The notes under the pieces are model-generated. The model did no database searches. It was not told where the DNA came from and was given only the letters and a program-made list of their open reading frames with translations. Shown piece by piece: positions 61,017 through 64,000 of a DNA stretch of 64,000 nt (the stretch's first letter is position 1; each line of letters begins with the position of its first letter). Both the position numbers and the translations under genes were made by a program. The stretch is taken from NCBI GenBank assembly GCA_036785375.1, contig JAWMAR010000008.1:11966001-12030000 (forward strand), given 5' to 3'. This DNA is from Leucoraja ocellata. Lineage: Eukaryota.

Positions 61017-64000
61017 AGTGTGAGGACAGCATTGATATGCAGGAGGTGGCGATGGACTAGAGTGAGCACCAGCAGTTTGGAGTCTGTGCCTTTATATTAA
61101 AATGTTACTGTTAGCCACCCTCTGAATCCTGTTGGTGTGCCAATGCCCCGAATGCACTGCGATGTCTGGAGCCGTGTTTTACCTGTGAGGAGATTACTGC
61201 AGTTCCCAGGCCCTGCCACAGGGAGTCAGTGATGTGCTGTTGATGGAATGTGTGCTGCTGGAACCTGGGCTGTGACTCATAGTAACCACAGTCCTTCCCA
61301 CGATGTGCTCCCTTTCCAGATACTCCTTTCCTTCTTCAGGCTGTTCCTCGCCTGGTGTAGTTCCAGGGAGTAGGAAGTGGGTGTGTGCTGCTTGACTTTA
61401 TTGCCTAACGTACAGGCTTGGGAATGCTGGTGTTTGTGTCTGTAACAGGGGCCCAAGGCCACGCACATGCAGGGCTGTCTGTCTGTGTTTCAGCAGGGAG
61501 TGTACGAGGTGACATGAGTGAGAGCGGGGACGGGTACAGTGTGGCAGTGAAGAGAATTAAACCATGACCCATTCAGTGGTTGGGTTATGTCCGAGCTGAT
61601 CTCTGCATGCCACAAAGCAGCATCCAGGGGGAGAGGGAGTGGGAATCCCATTCATACACCTAACCTGGAGACTGTCCTGTCGGTCTCCAGCCACAGTGAA
61701 AACTCTTTTCCAGAACTCCGAGTTGTGCCCACTTCCTGCCCACATGACCCGTTCCCCTTGTGGTTTGGACCGGGTTTCACTGTCTGGTGCCACGCCCGTC
61801 CATTCAGAGCCCCAGTGATTGCACTGTGGATGGCAAGGGGTGAGTGCAGTGAGCTGTTCTCACCCTCTGTGGCCAGTGCCAGGCTGGGAGGAACAGCTTC
61901 TCTGCGAAGGGGCAATGAGCCTGCGCTGCACAGCAGGTGAAGGTGGGCGGGAAGATTGGGCTAAACGTGTTGCCCTGACAGAACAAGCATTGCTTTGGCT
62001 GGAACGTTAAGGGTGCCCCTGCTGAATGTTCCTGAACTCACTTCAGCATTGGGCGTGAAACAGTATGATGACACCTCCTAATGTCAAGGGTTTGCTGCAC
62101 GTCTCACACACCCTCACACCACTGCATGCTGCGCATGTCCAACCCCTGTGTCTAAACTCAGTTTCTGAGCACCCCATCATCTGCACAAACTAAGCAGAGT
62201 GTTGCGATACAGGATCAGGCCCTTTGGCCCACCGGGTCCATTCTGGCCACCATGTGCAGATTACACTGATCCTGTATTTGCCCCCATTCTATTCCTCCCG
62301 CATCTCACCAACTCCCCCAGATGTCCTGCGCACACACCAGGGGCATCTTTACTCATCCATCCACATGGATTTTGGGATGTGGGAAGGTAAATCAGAGCGG
62401 AAGGGGGAGGGGGGGGGCTGAAGAGGGGAACAGCCAAGTGGTCACAGGGAAAACACGGAACAACACACGAGCAGGCCCTTCGGCCCACTATATCCGTGCT
62501 GAACATGGCACCAGGTTAAAACGATATCAGGCCGGCACAATCCAGGTCCTAAAAATGCTGATGGTGAAGGGATTGGGAAGAGCATTGGGGTTTGGGGGAC
62601 AAGATGGGCGAACAGGGTTTGCCTTTGAACAGTTAGTAAAGGGACAAGGTCGGTTCACGATGATCTGTACGGAAAGCACGGGTTGAGCAATGACTGGAAC
62701 GCACCTACTTATAACGTTACTGGAGGAGTGATCTGCCAGAGGAGCCGTGCTGTCAGCACCATTCCCCCCACCACCGGGCTCTCGCACGCACACGCACACA
62801 CACGCCCCTCAATGCCACTTGGTTCTTTTGCCAGCGCCAACACTCGGGACAACTCGAGGTCCACAGGCGCAGGTCGCACACAGCCCGGGGCAGCAGCACA
62901 AACCGCTGCAGGGGTGGCAGTCTGTGTTGGAGGATTGGCCGATCTGAACCCGGCACCGCCCTGCACAGTCCCAGGAGAGCCATTCAGCATAACGGGCCGA
63001 GGTTTCATATTCTCTTTGTTGCAGAAGCAGGGCCAGTTTAAGAGCCGCAGTGACCCAGAGCTGGCCCCTGGCTGGCAGCTTGGAAACACCCTGACGTAAA
63101 CAATTAAACTCAGCCTGACCTGTCTGAGCCTCCGTGCGATGCCAAATAAACTGCCTGGCCTCGATCACCTTACTTGCTGTCAGCAAAGGGAGGAAAATAT
63201 GAAAGTAATCAGTAATTATTTTGGGAGCCAGCGTTACCAGACTAGATGCCAGCTGACATCGATTCAAGCACATAGGCCCTCGCTTAAGTGAAGCTCGCAA
63301 CATGTACTGAGTAACTGAAGAAGCGAAAAGTCACGGATCAAACAGGGCAAAGAGAGGGAAAGAGAATGAGCTGGAAGGGAGAATTACAGATGGTGGACAT
63401 CTGAAATAAGAACATATTGCGGGTGAGGGTCGATATGTGTAGCAGTGGCAGAGAGGGAGGAGGTGAAGCCCGATGAAGCTGCCTTCAGTGAGGGTTAGAA
63501 CACAGAGGAAAGCGCTCTGTCTTAGCAGCTGGCAGAGCTACTGCCTCACAACACCCGAGACCCGGGTTCGATCCTGAACTCGGGTGCTTTCAGTGTGGAG
63601 TTTGTCCGTTCTCCTTTGACCGTGTGTGACCCTTTCACTGGGAACATCTACAGTGGCAGTGACTTTGCATTTGCTCACGTTTCCTTACATGATAGAAGGC
63701 CATTCGGCCCGTTGAGCATGTGTCAACTCCCAGAGCAATCACATTCCCTTGCCAACTTCTGTGTAGTCTTTCTCAATTGCCCAGGTTCGCTTTGAAATTT
63801 TCCCCTCTCACAATAAACATGAGCTCTTTAGTTTTGGACTCTCCTACCCAGGGACAAAGACTGGCCATCCGATTTTATGATCCTGTCTTCAAGAAGGAGT
63901 TGCAGATGCTGGAAAATCGAAGGTACACAAAAATGCTGGAGAAACTCAGCGGGTGCAGCAGCATCTATGGAGCGAAGGAAATAGATAACGTTTCGGGCCG

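Noticed and set aside
61100-64000. SRR (serine racemase) 3' exons tail-to-tail with TSR1, as in human
   Set aside because: None of the minus-strand frames shows recognisable SRR motifs.

Overview
Eukaryotic, repeat-rich vertebrate DNA, most likely a cartilaginous fish such as a skate or ray. The lineage is inferred from HE1-like V-SINEs, abundant CR1 fragments and a Penelope-derived repeat. Almost all ORFs in the six-frame track are spurious. The window holds: (1) the 3' end of POLDIP2/PDIP38 on + (exons 801-926, 3412-3491, last exon 16887-17001); (2) the miR-212/miR-132 cluster on - (35552-35610 and 33645-33703), with a TATA/CRE/MEF2 promoter near 37.26 kb; (3) the last six coding exons of TSR1 on + (55074-61016), whose 5' exons are not visible, with two N-gaps upstream. 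The main unexpected signal is in the 13.4-kb last intron of POLDIP2. It hides two more intact, in-phase paralogous copies of the terminal coding exon (12062-12191 and 14672-14780) and a candidate stop-containing micro-exon, which suggests an array of alternative C-termini for the ApaG/DUF525 domain. Other notable items: minimal hammerhead-ribozyme-like motifs in Penelope-derived fold-back elements with target-site duplications, an orphan MEF2+TATA promoter at 23.6 kb, RFX X-box clusters, a Helitron with a duplicated 5' end, and a small frameshift that truncates the TSR1 C-terminus. All family assignments are from recognition of sequence, not database searches.
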